Assembly (NCBI GenBank): GCA_963675745.2
Contig: CAXXWX010000027.1
Span: 96,001 to 160,000, forward strand
Source: Phycisphaerae bacterium
Lineage (GTDB): Bacteria > Planctomycetota > Phycisphaerae > UBA1845 > Fen-1342
DNA: 64,000 nucleotides
Direction of reading: 5' to 3'
Shown: positions 49,025-58,345 of the stretch, one piece after another
Layout of the letters: every line of letters begins with the position of its first letter
Numbering within the stretch: position 1 is the stretch's first letter
Notes under the pieces: model-generated
Told to the model about the DNA's origin: nothing
Database searches by the model: none
What the model saw: the letters and a program-made list of their open reading frames with translations, nothing else
Translations under genes and position numbers: made by a program

Positions 49025-51742
49025 CTACGGCGCCTGATCCGGCGCGTCGCCCTCGGTCGGCGCCTGCTCGGAGACCACCGGCGCGTACTTGTCGCGCCAC
49101 TCGGCGGCCTGATCGGTCTTCTCCCAGCGGTCGTAAATCTGCGCGATCTGCTCGGCGATTTGTCGTGTCGTGGGATGTTGTGAGCCAAGTCGCCCCTCGA
49201 TGACAGGAAACCCGGCGAGTGCCTGCTCCTCCGCTTCTTCAAACCGCTGAAGATCGCGCAGGCACAGGGCATATCCGATGCGGATGACGCCGGTCAGGAT
49301 GTGCTCCTCCGACAGGTGCTTGACGCTGCGCGCGACCAGATCGCGAAACAGCGGCTCCGCCTCGTCTCCGCGGCCGGCTTCGGACAACAGTGACGCCAGG
49401 TTGTTCCACGATGTGAGTGTGTTCGGGTGGCCCGGTCCGAGCACGCCTTCAATCGTCTCGGCAACTTCGCGAAATAGCTGTTCGGCCTCGTCGACCTGCC
49501 CCATTCGTTTCAAGGCCGACGCGAGATTGTTGATCGCCGCCAGCACGCGTGGATGCTCGGGTGGGAATATCCGCCGGTGGATTTTCAGCAACTCCCGCTG
49601 GCAGACGAGGGCCTCCTCGTCCCTGAGTTGACGCGCGTAAAGCTGGGACAGCTCGTTAAGCGCCATCAGGGTGTCCGGGTGCTCATCTCCCAGAACGCGC
49701 CGCAAGCCGGCGACGGCCTGGTCCAGCAGGGGCTCGGCCTCGTCCAACTCGTGCAGCGCGCTGAGCACGGCCCCGAGATTCACCATGGTGACCAGCGTTT
49801 TCGCGTGGGCGGCGCCGTGCAGACGCCGACTGCCATCCAGCGCGCGTTGGAGCACCTGCCGGGCCTCCTGCAATTCGCCGCGTTCGAGCAGGTGAAAGCC
49901 GAGGTTGTTCATCGCGGCAACGGTGGTGGCATCATCCTCGCCCACGTTGGCTTGGAGAATATCGAGCGCTTCACGCAGCAGCGTCCCGGCCTCGTCGGAC
50001 TTGCCGGCCACATCAAGCGTCCCGGACAGGTCCGCGAGTGCATAGGCCGTCTCGTTGGCTCGAGCGCCGACCCGATGCCGTTCAGATTCGAGTATCTGGC
50101 GTCCTAGCCGTTCGGCCTCGTCGAAGCGACCCTGCGCCCGGTAGGTGAGGGCCAACTGGCTCAGGTAGTACAGCGTATCCTCGTGCTCCTTGCCCAGCAG
50201 CGTCCGGGCCTGGTCGACCGCGGTCAACATGTGCTGCTCGGCGACGTCATAGAGTCCCAGACCGCGATACGCCATGCCGATCGTGCCGCGCAGCTCCAAC
50301 GCAACCAGCGGCTGGTCGGCCAACTGGGTGTCGACACGCCGCGCGGCGGCGTCCAACAGCGAGCGCACCGTGAGTTCATCAGCGGACCGATCACCCGGCT
50401 GCGCCGAGGCGAGCATTTCAACCAGGAAGTCGTTGATCGCTTCGGCCTTGCGCGACTCCTGTCGCGCCAAGCTGGCCTGCTGTGCGGCGCTCTGTTCCGC
50501 CGTTTGCGCGCGGTTGCGTTCGGCGGTCGCGACGACCGCTTGCCAGCTTGTGCTCACGATCCCCAACACGAGCACACAAAAGGCCGCGAGCACGCCGCCC
50601 ACCAGGGCCCGATTGCGCCGTGCGAATTTGCGCAGTTGGTACATCGCGCTGGGCGCTCGCGCCGAAATCGGCTCGTCGTCGAGGTGGCGGCGGATATCAT
50701 CCGCCAGTTCGTGCGCCGATTGATAGCGGCGCGTCTTGTCCTTCTCCAGGGCCTTACCGAGGATCGTCTCGAGATCCCCGTGACAGGCGTGGTTGAGCAC
50801 GCTTAGCCGCGTGGGCTCCTGGTGCGTCACGATGCGGGCCACTTCCGCGATTGAACGGTCGCGCAGCTCATACGGCATCTGGCCCGCCAGCAACTCGTAG
50901 CCGATCACACCCAGCGCGTATATGTCCGACCGCACATCCAGTGCACTCGAGTCGCCCGCCACCTGCTCCGGGCTCATGTACTGGAGCGTGCCGACAAGCT
51001 GCCCGATATCCGTCCGGGCAATCGTCACCTGCACGTCGGCGTCGGTAACCCGCGCGACGCCGAAGTCGAGGATCTTGGGCTCTCCGTGGGTGTCAACGAG
51101 GATGTTCTCAGGCTTGAGATCCCGGTGAATGACACCCTGCTGGTGCGCATAATGGACGGCGTCGCACACCCGCGCGAACAGTTGCAGCCGCGCATTGAGC
51201 CCGAGATGCTGCCCGTTGGCGTACTCGGTGAGCGCGCATCCGGCTACGTATTCCATCGCGAAGAACGGCTGCGAGCCGTCCCCGGCATCAGCGGTACCCG
51301 CCTCGAAAATCTGTGCTATGTTCGGATGCTGCAATCGCCCGAGCACCTCGGCCTCGTGCTCGAAGCGGCGTAGCAGCTCCGGCGAAGCCAAACCGCTGCG
51401 AATTACCTTCAGCGCAACGGAACGCCGCGGCTGATCCTGCTCCGCCAGGTACACGACGCCCATGCCCCCGGCGGCAATCCGCTCGCGCACCAGGTAACGG
51501 CCGAAGCGCCGGCCCACAAGCCCGGGCGCCGCGGGCGGCGAAATCCCCTCGTCGCGCACGATCGACAAACCGGCGAGGAAACGCGCGGCGCGCGCATCCG
51601 CTTCAAGCAGTGCGACCACCTCGGTCCGCAGTGACACATCGGAGCCACAGGCCGCATCGAGGAACGTACGCCGCTCGTGCGATGGACGATCCAGCGCCGC
51701 GTGAAAGAGCGCTTCAGCCGGATTGGTTGCTGGTTTGGTCAT
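49025..51742 (-). CDS. Ser/Thr protein kinase with TM and TPR repeats
   Basis: GGMGVVY, VALK, HRDLKPEN, DFG and YMSPEQ motifs; ~42-aa G..HPDTL TPR repeats. Confidence 0.95.
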   Translation of the reverse strand: MTKPATNPAEALFHAALDRPSHERRTFLDAACGSDVSLRTEVVALLEADARAARFLAGLSIVRDEGISPPAAPGLVGRRFGRYLVRERIAAGGMGVVYLAEQDQPRRSVALKVIRSGLASPELLRRFEHEAEVLGRLQHPNIAQIFEAGTADAGDGSQPFFAMEYVAGCALTEYANGQHLGLNARLQLFARVCDAVHYAHQQGVIHRDLKPENILVDTHGEPKILDFGVARVTDADVQVTIARTDIGQLVGTLQYMSPEQVAGDSSALDVRSDIYALGVIGYELLAGQMPYELRDRSIAEVARIVTHQEPTRLSVLNHACHGDLETILGKALEKDKTRRYQSAHELADDIRRHLDDEPISARAPSAMYQLRKFARRNRALVGGVLAAFCVLVLGIVSTSWQAVVATAERNRAQTAEQSAAQQASLARQESRKAEAINDFLVEMLASAQPGDRSADELTVRSLLDAAARRVDTQLADQPLVALELRGTIGMAYRGLGLYDVAEQHMLTAVDQARTLLGKEHEDTLYYLSQLALTYRAQGRFDEAERLGRQILESERHRVGARANETAYALADLSGTLDVAGKSDEAGTLLREALDILQANVGEDDATTVAAMNNLGFHLLERGELQEARQVLQRALDGSRRLHGAAHAKTLVTMVNLGAVLSALHELDEAEPLLDQAVAGLRRVLGDEHPDTLMALNELSQLYARQLRDEEALVCQRELLKIHRRIFPPEHPRVLAAINNLASALKRMGQVDEAEQLFREVAETIEGVLGPGHPNTLTSWNNLASLLSEAGRGDEAEPLFRDLVARSVKHLSEEHILTGVIRIGYALCLRDLQRFEEAEEQALAGFPVIEGRLGSQHPTTRQIAEQIAQIYDRWEKTDQAAEWRDKYAPVVSEQAPTEGDAPDQAP

Positions 51743-52337
51743 CTGTTGTGAACCGTCCCGCACGAGTCTCCCTCTTGGTCATTTCATTAAGCAGCCAGGC
51801 TCGGGCATAACGCCAGTCGCGGGAGACAATCTCGGCCGGCTGTTGCAGAGTAGCCGCGGCCTCGTCAACACTGAGGCCCAGGAAGTAACACAGGTGAACG
51901 ATCTCGGCCTTACCCGGGGCGTGCTCGCGCAAACTGTCGAGCGCGTCCTCAAGCGCGAGAATATCTATCTCGGGCGCCTCGATCGCAATCCCGCTATCGT
52001 CGAAGGCCACGCGCTGCTCCGTGCGTCCCAGGCCCTGTTTGCGAGTCTGCCGCGCGCGCTGCACGAGGACGCCACGAATCGCCTGGGCGGCCAGATTGAA
52101 GAAACGTCGGCGATGCTCCTGGCTGGCGCCCGCCTGATCGACCAGCCGGCTGTATGCATCCTGTACGAGCGTTGTGGGGAGCAATGTCTGACCGCTGGGG
52201 CTGTCGGCCAGGCGCTCGCGCGCGACGCTGCCCAGCTCGGCGTGTATCAGCGGCAGCAATCGGTCCGAAGCGCGCCGATCCCCGGCGCCGAGCGCCGTAA
52301 GCAGTTGTGTCACCTGTGAAGAATCCGCGTGTCCCAT
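51714..52337 (-). CDS. ECF sigma factor (kinase-associated planctomycete type)
   Basis: VTQLL..G, TL.PT.LV..AY.RL and RDWRYARAWL motifs; overlaps the kinase start. Confidence 0.88.
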   Translation of the reverse strand: MGHADSSQVTQLLTALGAGDRRASDRLLPLIHAELGSVARERLADSPSGQTLLPTTLVQDAYSRLVDQAGASQEHRRRFFNLAAQAIRGVLVQRARQTRKQGLGRTEQRVAFDDSGIAIEAPEIDILALEDALDSLREHAPGKAEIVHLCYFLGLSVDEAAATLQQPAEIVSRDWRYARAWLLNEMTKRETRAGRFTTDDQTSNQSG

Positions 52338-52426
52338 CTGGCCCTCAATCAGCAGGGATTGTACCGGATTTCGGCCGCACCGCGGCCATTGCGGTCGAGT
52401 CGATTCCCGGGGACGCGGCGTGGCGC

Positions 52427-55114
52427 TCAGGGCGTCGCGTTATCGCCGGGCTGCGGGGGCGAGGCTGCGTATTCCGCCTTCACTTTCAGGCCATCGAGTG
52501 CCCCGCCGGTGCTGGATCGCAATCGCAGGGCGGCGGCGAATCCCCCGCCACCGTTGGTGACCTTCAGCATCAGTTGGTTCCAGCCGGCTGTGAGCCGGGC
52601 CTCGAACTTGTCCGCGCCGGGCGTGCAGCCGCGCGGTACGTTGTGTGCGTGCACGACCTCGCCGTTAATCCACATTTTCACGCCGTCGTCGCTGCCCAAC
52701 TCGACACGCACATCGCACGCGCTGGGCGAATACACCTGCGTAAAGAGGTACTTGGCGGCGTCACTCGTCGCGGTTGGCAGGTTCAAATCGACCAGCCAAT
52801 AGTGATTATCGCCGTCCACGCGCGGCTGGACCTGCCACTCCGTCCGCCCGGCGCCCGGCTTCTCTGGCGCAAACGGGATATCGTGCAGCTCGTGCCCGTT
52901 CCTGCCCTTTTTCTGGTATGGGCCGGCGACAAGCCAGCGCGTGATGTAGCCCTCAAACTCGTCGGCCCGGCGGGTCAACTGCGCCGCTCGCGCGCTCAGT
53001 TCCTCGGAGATGTCCAGCGCCTCGACGCGCTCGACCGCCGGACGCGCGGCCTCCCAACCGTCGGGCAGCAGACCGTCGACAACCGAAACCAATGCCGCGG
53101 CAGCTTCGTCGCGCAGCTCATCCTCTTCGAGATAGCGCGCGAGCAACGAGACCGTTTCGTCAGCATATACGCCGCCCAACTTGCCGATCAGCAGCTTGCG
53201 TTCCTCGTCCCGCCGCGCCACATCCAACCCACGGGCATACAGCGCCAGCTTGCTGGCCGCAGACCGCTCGGTATCCAGGGCCGCGAGGCGCGCATAGGCG
53301 CGCATGGCCAATACGTGATCGCGCATGGCGGCGGTTTCGGTTGCGATTTCCAGCACCGCCCCCGCAGCCTCGTCATTGGGCCACTCGTTAAATGCGCGAA
53401 TCGCCGCGGTGCTGACATCCTTGCGTTTGTCGCGCGCGGCGTGCGCGACCGCCGCCAGCACTTCCTTTCCGCCGATTCGCGCCAGCACGCGCAATAGCGA
53501 GCAGTACTCGTCGGCATCACCGGGATCGAGCGCGGTCAACAGCGGCGCCGCCGCCCGCACCGGGTCATGCGCGCGCAGAGAGGTGTCCGATAGCGCCTGC
53601 TCAAGCGCGGTTCGTTCGGCCGCGCTTTCGACGCGCGGGAGCAGCTCAATCAGCCGCGGCACGACAGACTCATCGCCGAGTATGCCCACAGCTTCAAACG
53701 CGGCGCGACGAACCTGCTCCTGATCAGCGGTGGTCTGCGCGAGGATTACCTCCAGTTGGTTAACCGCGCGCCGATCGGTTAGTGCACCAAGCAGCGTGAC
53801 GCGCGCCGGCATGGGGGCATCCGTCAGGCGCCCGGCGATTATGTCCGAGGTCTCGGCGGATTCAATCCGCGCCAGCGCCCCACGCACCGCCTCGCGCTCA
53901 GCGGGTTCACACTGCGGCAGAATGTCAATCAGCGGGCCGACCGCGTCAGCTTGACCGAGTGTTGCGGCAGCGGCGATTGCAGCGCGACAGACCGCCGTAT
54001 CAGCGTCCATCAGGCACTTGAGCACGACGGGTAGCGCGGTAACGTCGCCGCGCCGTTCTAGTACATCGAGCATGTTGACGCGCAGGTTCTCATCGTCGGC
54101 ATTCAGCAGATCAACAAAGGCCTGAGTAACACCCTCTCCCTTGATATCCACTGCGAGATACCCCGCCGCGGCGCGCACCTCGGGGCTCGCATCCGTCAAT
54201 GCCGCCACAATGCTGTCGATCGCCTGCGCCCCGCGCGTGCGCGCCAGGCCGTAGAGCACGGCGCAGCGCACGTGGTCATCCTGCATGGCGAACCGCGGCG
54301 GTTCGGCGTTGGCGTTTTTCGACGATGACTGACGCTCAAAGCGGCGCAACGCCGTCGCCACGATTTGCGAGCGATCGAACCATCCGTCAGCACCGGCGGC
54401 CTCCGAGCCATCACCGACAGGCGCGCCAATACTGGCCAGGGCCCATAGCGCCGCCATGCGCGTCACGCCGTCACCGCTATCGAGCTCGGCCATCAGGGCA
54501 TCGGTGGCCATCCGGTCTTGCAGCATGCCCAGCGCGTCGATCACGGCCAGATGACCTCGTCCCCTGGTGCGCGGCAGCGGCTCGCGAAACGCAGCGGCCA
54601 CGGCGTCACCACCGATCGCCAGCAGAGCCTGCGCAGCAGTCAGGCACAGATCATCGTCCTCGAGCAGCGGCGTCAGGTACTCCACGCCGCCGGCGCCACC
54701 AGCCAATTGCAGTTGGCGCACCAGAAAACGCTTGACCTCCGCCGGCGCCTCTTCGCCCAGGGCGCTGCCAAGCGCCGAGGTGTACCGTTCACGCAGCGCG
54801 GCGGCCCCCGGGTCGCCGGCACAGAACGTGATGGCGCTGAGCGCCAGGCGAGCCTGGGTGTCATCGCCGGCACCGGGCTCGACCAACAACGCGCATAACT
54901 CCGCAATGTCCGCGCTGGTCAGCCGAGCCAGTTCGGCGCGCAACGCATCGCGCTGCGCCGGCGTCGCTGCGGGCACGGAATTCAGCACGGACTCGACACG
55001 CTGGCCTGCCAGACCTCGCGCACAGCACGCGAGCATTAGCAGCACCAGGGCGGCGCGCACCGCACCGGCCGAGCCCCGCATGACACGTTGCCGCAACCTG
55101 CCTGAGATCATCAC
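52427..55114 (-). CDS. Secreted HEAT-repeat protein with C-terminal beta-sandwich domain
   Basis: Signal peptide, many HEAT repeats, W..AGP and GSDDGVKMWINGE...GWNQLMLK. Confidence 0.8.
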   Translation of the reverse strand: MMISGRLRQRVMRGSAGAVRAALVLLMLACCARGLAGQRVESVLNSVPAATPAQRDALRAELARLTSADIAELCALLVEPGAGDDTQARLALSAITFCAGDPGAAALRERYTSALGSALGEEAPAEVKRFLVRQLQLAGGAGGVEYLTPLLEDDDLCLTAAQALLAIGGDAVAAAFREPLPRTRGRGHLAVIDALGMLQDRMATDALMAELDSGDGVTRMAALWALASIGAPVGDGSEAAGADGWFDRSQIVATALRRFERQSSSKNANAEPPRFAMQDDHVRCAVLYGLARTRGAQAIDSIVAALTDASPEVRAAAGYLAVDIKGEGVTQAFVDLLNADDENLRVNMLDVLERRGDVTALPVVLKCLMDADTAVCRAAIAAAATLGQADAVGPLIDILPQCEPAEREAVRGALARIESAETSDIIAGRLTDAPMPARVTLLGALTDRRAVNQLEVILAQTTADQEQVRRAAFEAVGILGDESVVPRLIELLPRVESAAERTALEQALSDTSLRAHDPVRAAAPLLTALDPGDADEYCSLLRVLARIGGKEVLAAVAHAARDKRKDVSTAAIRAFNEWPNDEAAGAVLEIATETAAMRDHVLAMRAYARLAALDTERSAASKLALYARGLDVARRDEERKLLIGKLGGVYADETVSLLARYLEEDELRDEAAAALVSVVDGLLPDGWEAARPAVERVEALDISEELSARAAQLTRRADEFEGYITRWLVAGPYQKKGRNGHELHDIPFAPEKPGAGRTEWQVQPRVDGDNHYWLVDLNLPTATSDAAKYLFTQVYSPSACDVRVELGSDDGVKMWINGEVVHAHNVPRGCTPGADKFEARLTAGWNQLMLKVTNGGGGFAAALRLRSSTGGALDGLKVKAEYAASPPQPGDNATP

Positions 55115-55125
55115 ACCAACTCCTC

Positions 55126-56415
55126 CTACAGATGCCACGGCGCCCGCATCGGTACATGCACCAGGCGGTTGGCCTGCTCGTCACCCACAACTTCCTCGCG
55201 CTGTGGATCCCAGCGCAACGTGCGCCCCGTGCGAATCGCGATGATCGCCAGGTTGACCAGCGAGCACGAGCGATGTGACGATCCCTCACTGAGCCCCGAC
55301 TTCTGACGAGTTCGCACCGCCTCTTCGAATTCGAGCAAGCGCGGCGGGTCGGGCACGCCGGCAAGTTGATCAAACAGCCCCGGCGGATCAGTGCGATAGT
55401 TGTCAAACACCCTGCCGCGCGGCCCCTCGATCAACGGCATCCCGGGTGGGTCGGGAGCCCCCCATTCGCCGCTGTTGATCGTGATGGTGTCGCCGTCGGC
55501 GTACTTCATCGTCACCCGTTCCCACATGCCGACCGCGTCCGGGTGTTGCGGCCAGGGCGCGATCGCGGAAACCTCCACCGGCCCGACATCATCCTTACCC
55601 AGTATGTACTGAATCGGATCAAGGTAGTGCTGCCCCATGTCGGTCAATCCGCCGCCATCGTAATCCCAGTATCCCCGGAAACTGGCGTGGACACGGTGAG
55701 GGTGGTAGGGCTTGAACGGTGCCGGCCCGAGCCACATATCGTAGTCCAATACATCGGGAACCGGCCGCGGCGTCAGGTTTTCCCGGCCGCTCCATTCCTT
55801 AATCTTCCAGTTAAAGCCCAGGTTACGACTGAGCCGCACCGTCAAGGGCCGGCCCAGCAGTCCGCTGCTGACCAGCTTTCTGAGCAGCTTGGATGCGCCA
55901 AACTGGTAATAGGTGCGATAGCGGAAAAACGTGTTTACGTGGTAGATGCGACCGTATCGGCGGATGGCTTCACGCAGGGCGATGCCCTCGCCGATGGTGT
56001 GCGACATGGGCTTTTCACCGAGCACGTCAAAGCCGGCCTGCGCGGCGGCGATGCACATCAGCGCGTGCCAGTGGGGCGGCGTGGCGATGTGGATCGTATC
56101 GATGTCGGTGCGATCCAGCACGCGGCGCCAGTCGCTATAAGCCTTGCACGGGCCGCCGGCTTTCTCCAGGCCACGAGCCAGGTGGTTCTGATCGACGTCA
56201 CAAACCGCCAGCGTGACCGGCGGCCGGCCGGCGTCGTTCTTGACAACGTGTCCCATGCCCATGCCGCCCGTGCCGATCACGGCGCGGGTAATGACCTCGC
56301 TTGGCGGCGTATACCCGACTCCGCCAAGTACATGCCGCGGCACGATGTGGAACAGCGCCCCGGCTGTGAGCGCGTGTTTGACAAACTTGCGTCGGGTGAC
56401 TCTCTGGCTGTCCAT
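55126..56415 (-). CDS. Tat-exported Gfo/Idh/MocA oxidoreductase
   Basis: TRRKF twin-arginine signal, IGTGGMG, IATPPHWH, EKP, DMWLGPAP and DMGQH motifs. Confidence 0.92.
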   Translation of the reverse strand: MDSQRVTRRKFVKHALTAGALFHIVPRHVLGGVGYTPPSEVITRAVIGTGGMGMGHVVKNDAGRPPVTLAVCDVDQNHLARGLEKAGGPCKAYSDWRRVLDRTDIDTIHIATPPHWHALMCIAAAQAGFDVLGEKPMSHTIGEGIALREAIRRYGRIYHVNTFFRYRTYYQFGASKLLRKLVSSGLLGRPLTVRLSRNLGFNWKIKEWSGRENLTPRPVPDVLDYDMWLGPAPFKPYHPHRVHASFRGYWDYDGGGLTDMGQHYLDPIQYILGKDDVGPVEVSAIAPWPQHPDAVGMWERVTMKYADGDTITINSGEWGAPDPPGMPLIEGPRGRVFDNYRTDPPGLFDQLAGVPDPPRLLEFEEAVRTRQKSGLSEGSSHRSCSLVNLAIIAIRTGRTLRWDPQREEVVGDEQANRLVHVPMRAPWHL

Positions 56416-56546
56416 ATCATGTCCTCGAATGCGGCGCCCGCGTGACGGAAACGCGTAGCAGGCCATGCTATGCGACGACGCGGCCGGCGGGTAGCGCAAA
56501 ACTCACTGCGAGATTATGGTCTTCACCGGTTTCACCGGTTGAAAAC

Positions 56547-58057
56547 CAATGGTGTCCGGGAGTTTGCCGGACATCGGGTAATACCTAACATTGTCCGTAC
56601 TTGCGCCCGGGGCGCGTTTCTGCTCTACTGTGGCGCATGGCCCACAAGGACACGCAACGCGAACGGACGGTGACGCCGATTCCTCGGCGGCCCGACCAGC
56701 TTGACGGTCGGCGGCTCTTCCGCCAGATCGACGAGCACCTGCGCCATCTCCACAGCTTGCCGGCCCACGGCAACCGCACCTTCTTCTACGACCAACTCGT
56801 GGTCGCCCACCTGCTGGCCTTCTTCAACCCCGTGCTGCACAGCCTCCGCCGTATCGAAGACGCCTTCGACCTGCCCAGCGTGCGACGCCTCTTCGGTATC
56901 CACGCCGCCGCCAAAAGCACCGTCGCCGACGCCCAACGCCTCTTCGATCCGCAACGGTTGCAGCCGATTTTCGAGGACCTCAAGCACCGCGCCAACATCC
57001 AGCCGCACGACGCCCGCCTCGACCAACTCACCCGGGAACTGATCGCCGTCGACGGCACGTTCTTCAACGTCGCCAGCCGCATCCCCTGGGCCCTCTACAA
57101 CCGCAAGTCCGCCGGCGACGCGCCCAAGAAGACCGGCCGCCGCGGAAAGACCACCCGCGGCAACGTGCGCGCCCACGTGCATTTCGACATCCTGCGCGGC
57201 GTGCCGGAGCACTTCACGCTCACCGGCGGAACGGCTTCGGAAGGCGGGCAACTGCAAACCAGTCTGCGGCCCGAACACTGTTACGTGCTCGACCGCGGCT
57301 TTCAGTCTTACCACCTGCTGGGCGACATCATTCAGGCCGACAGCGATTTCGTGGTGCGGCTGCGGAAGAGCGCCCGCTGCGAAGTGCTTGAGCCGCGCGG
57401 GCTGACCGCCGCCGACCTGGCCGCCGGCGTGCAGAGCGACACGCTGGTGCGAGTCGGCTGGCGGACCGAGCGCACGGCGGAGTTGCCGCCCTTGCGGCGG
57501 GTGGCGGTGAGTGTGGCCGACAAGGACGAACCGCTGGTGCTGTTGACCAGTTGCGTAGACCTGCCGGCGGAGCTGATCGCGTTGATCTACAAGCATCGCT
57601 GGCAGGTTGAGCTGTTTTTCCGCTGGTTGAAGTGCATGGCGCACCTGGAGCACTTTTATTCCGAGTCGCCGCAGGGCATGACGCTGCAGCTTTACGTGAC
57701 GCTGATCGCGACGTTGCTGATCGCGCTGGAGACCGGGGCGCGTCCGAGCGTGTATGACTTTTCGTTGATGAGCATGGTGATGAACGGCATGGCCCCGCTG
57801 GAAGAGGCCCTGGCCGTGGCGGCCAAACGCCGCACCGAGCGCGAGCGTGCCGCCCGGCGGCGACGTGAAAAGGCGGCGCAAAAAAGCAGCGACTAGGCCC
57901 CCGCGCCGGTCCGCGCTCGGACCAGCGCGGCCCGGAGTATGCGCCCCAGGCGCTCGCCGCGGCGCTACGCCACGTCGTCGCCCCTTCCATGTTCGCGTCA
58001 ATCTCACCACAATGCACTCAATCTACGCGCCCAGAAAGCAGGTCCCGGACACCATTG
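56547..58057 (+). mobile_element. Complete IS4-family insertion sequence (1511 bp)
   Basis: 15-bp terminal inverted repeats CAATGGTGTCCGGGA; 9-bp direct repeat GTTGAAAAC at 56538-56546 and 58058-58066. Confidence 0.92.
56637..57896 (+). CDS. IS4-family DDE transposase
   Basis: AVDGT, VLDRGF and YKHRWQVELFFRWLK (YREK motif). Confidence 0.95.
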   Translation: MAHKDTQRERTVTPIPRRPDQLDGRRLFRQIDEHLRHLHSLPAHGNRTFFYDQLVVAHLLAFFNPVLHSLRRIEDAFDLPSVRRLFGIHAAAKSTVADAQRLFDPQRLQPIFEDLKHRANIQPHDARLDQLTRELIAVDGTFFNVASRIPWALYNRKSAGDAPKKTGRRGKTTRGNVRAHVHFDILRGVPEHFTLTGGTASEGGQLQTSLRPEHCYVLDRGFQSYHLLGDIIQADSDFVVRLRKSARCEVLEPRGLTAADLAAGVQSDTLVRVGWRTERTAELPPLRRVAVSVADKDEPLVLLTSCVDLPAELIALIYKHRWQVELFFRWLKCMAHLEHFYSESPQGMTLQLYVTLIATLLIALETGARPSVYDFSLMSMVMNGMAPLEEALAVAAKRRTERERAARRRREKAAQKSSD

Positions 58058-58159
58058 GTTGAAAACCGGTACCACACTTGCTGAGATGCGCGGCTTTCAA
58101 GACACGCGCCGCCACGCCGCTGGACACCACCGGCGGCGTGGCGTACCTTTGTCTGCACA

Positions 58160-58233
<74 letters not shown>

Positions 58234-58345
58234 GTCGGGACAGTGCAGCGCACCGACGAACGAAACAACCCCATCGTGGGGCGCGACGGTCCGACATTAG
58301 GCGACAACGTCCGGCTCGGGGGCCGGACGCTACGGCTGCCGCACG

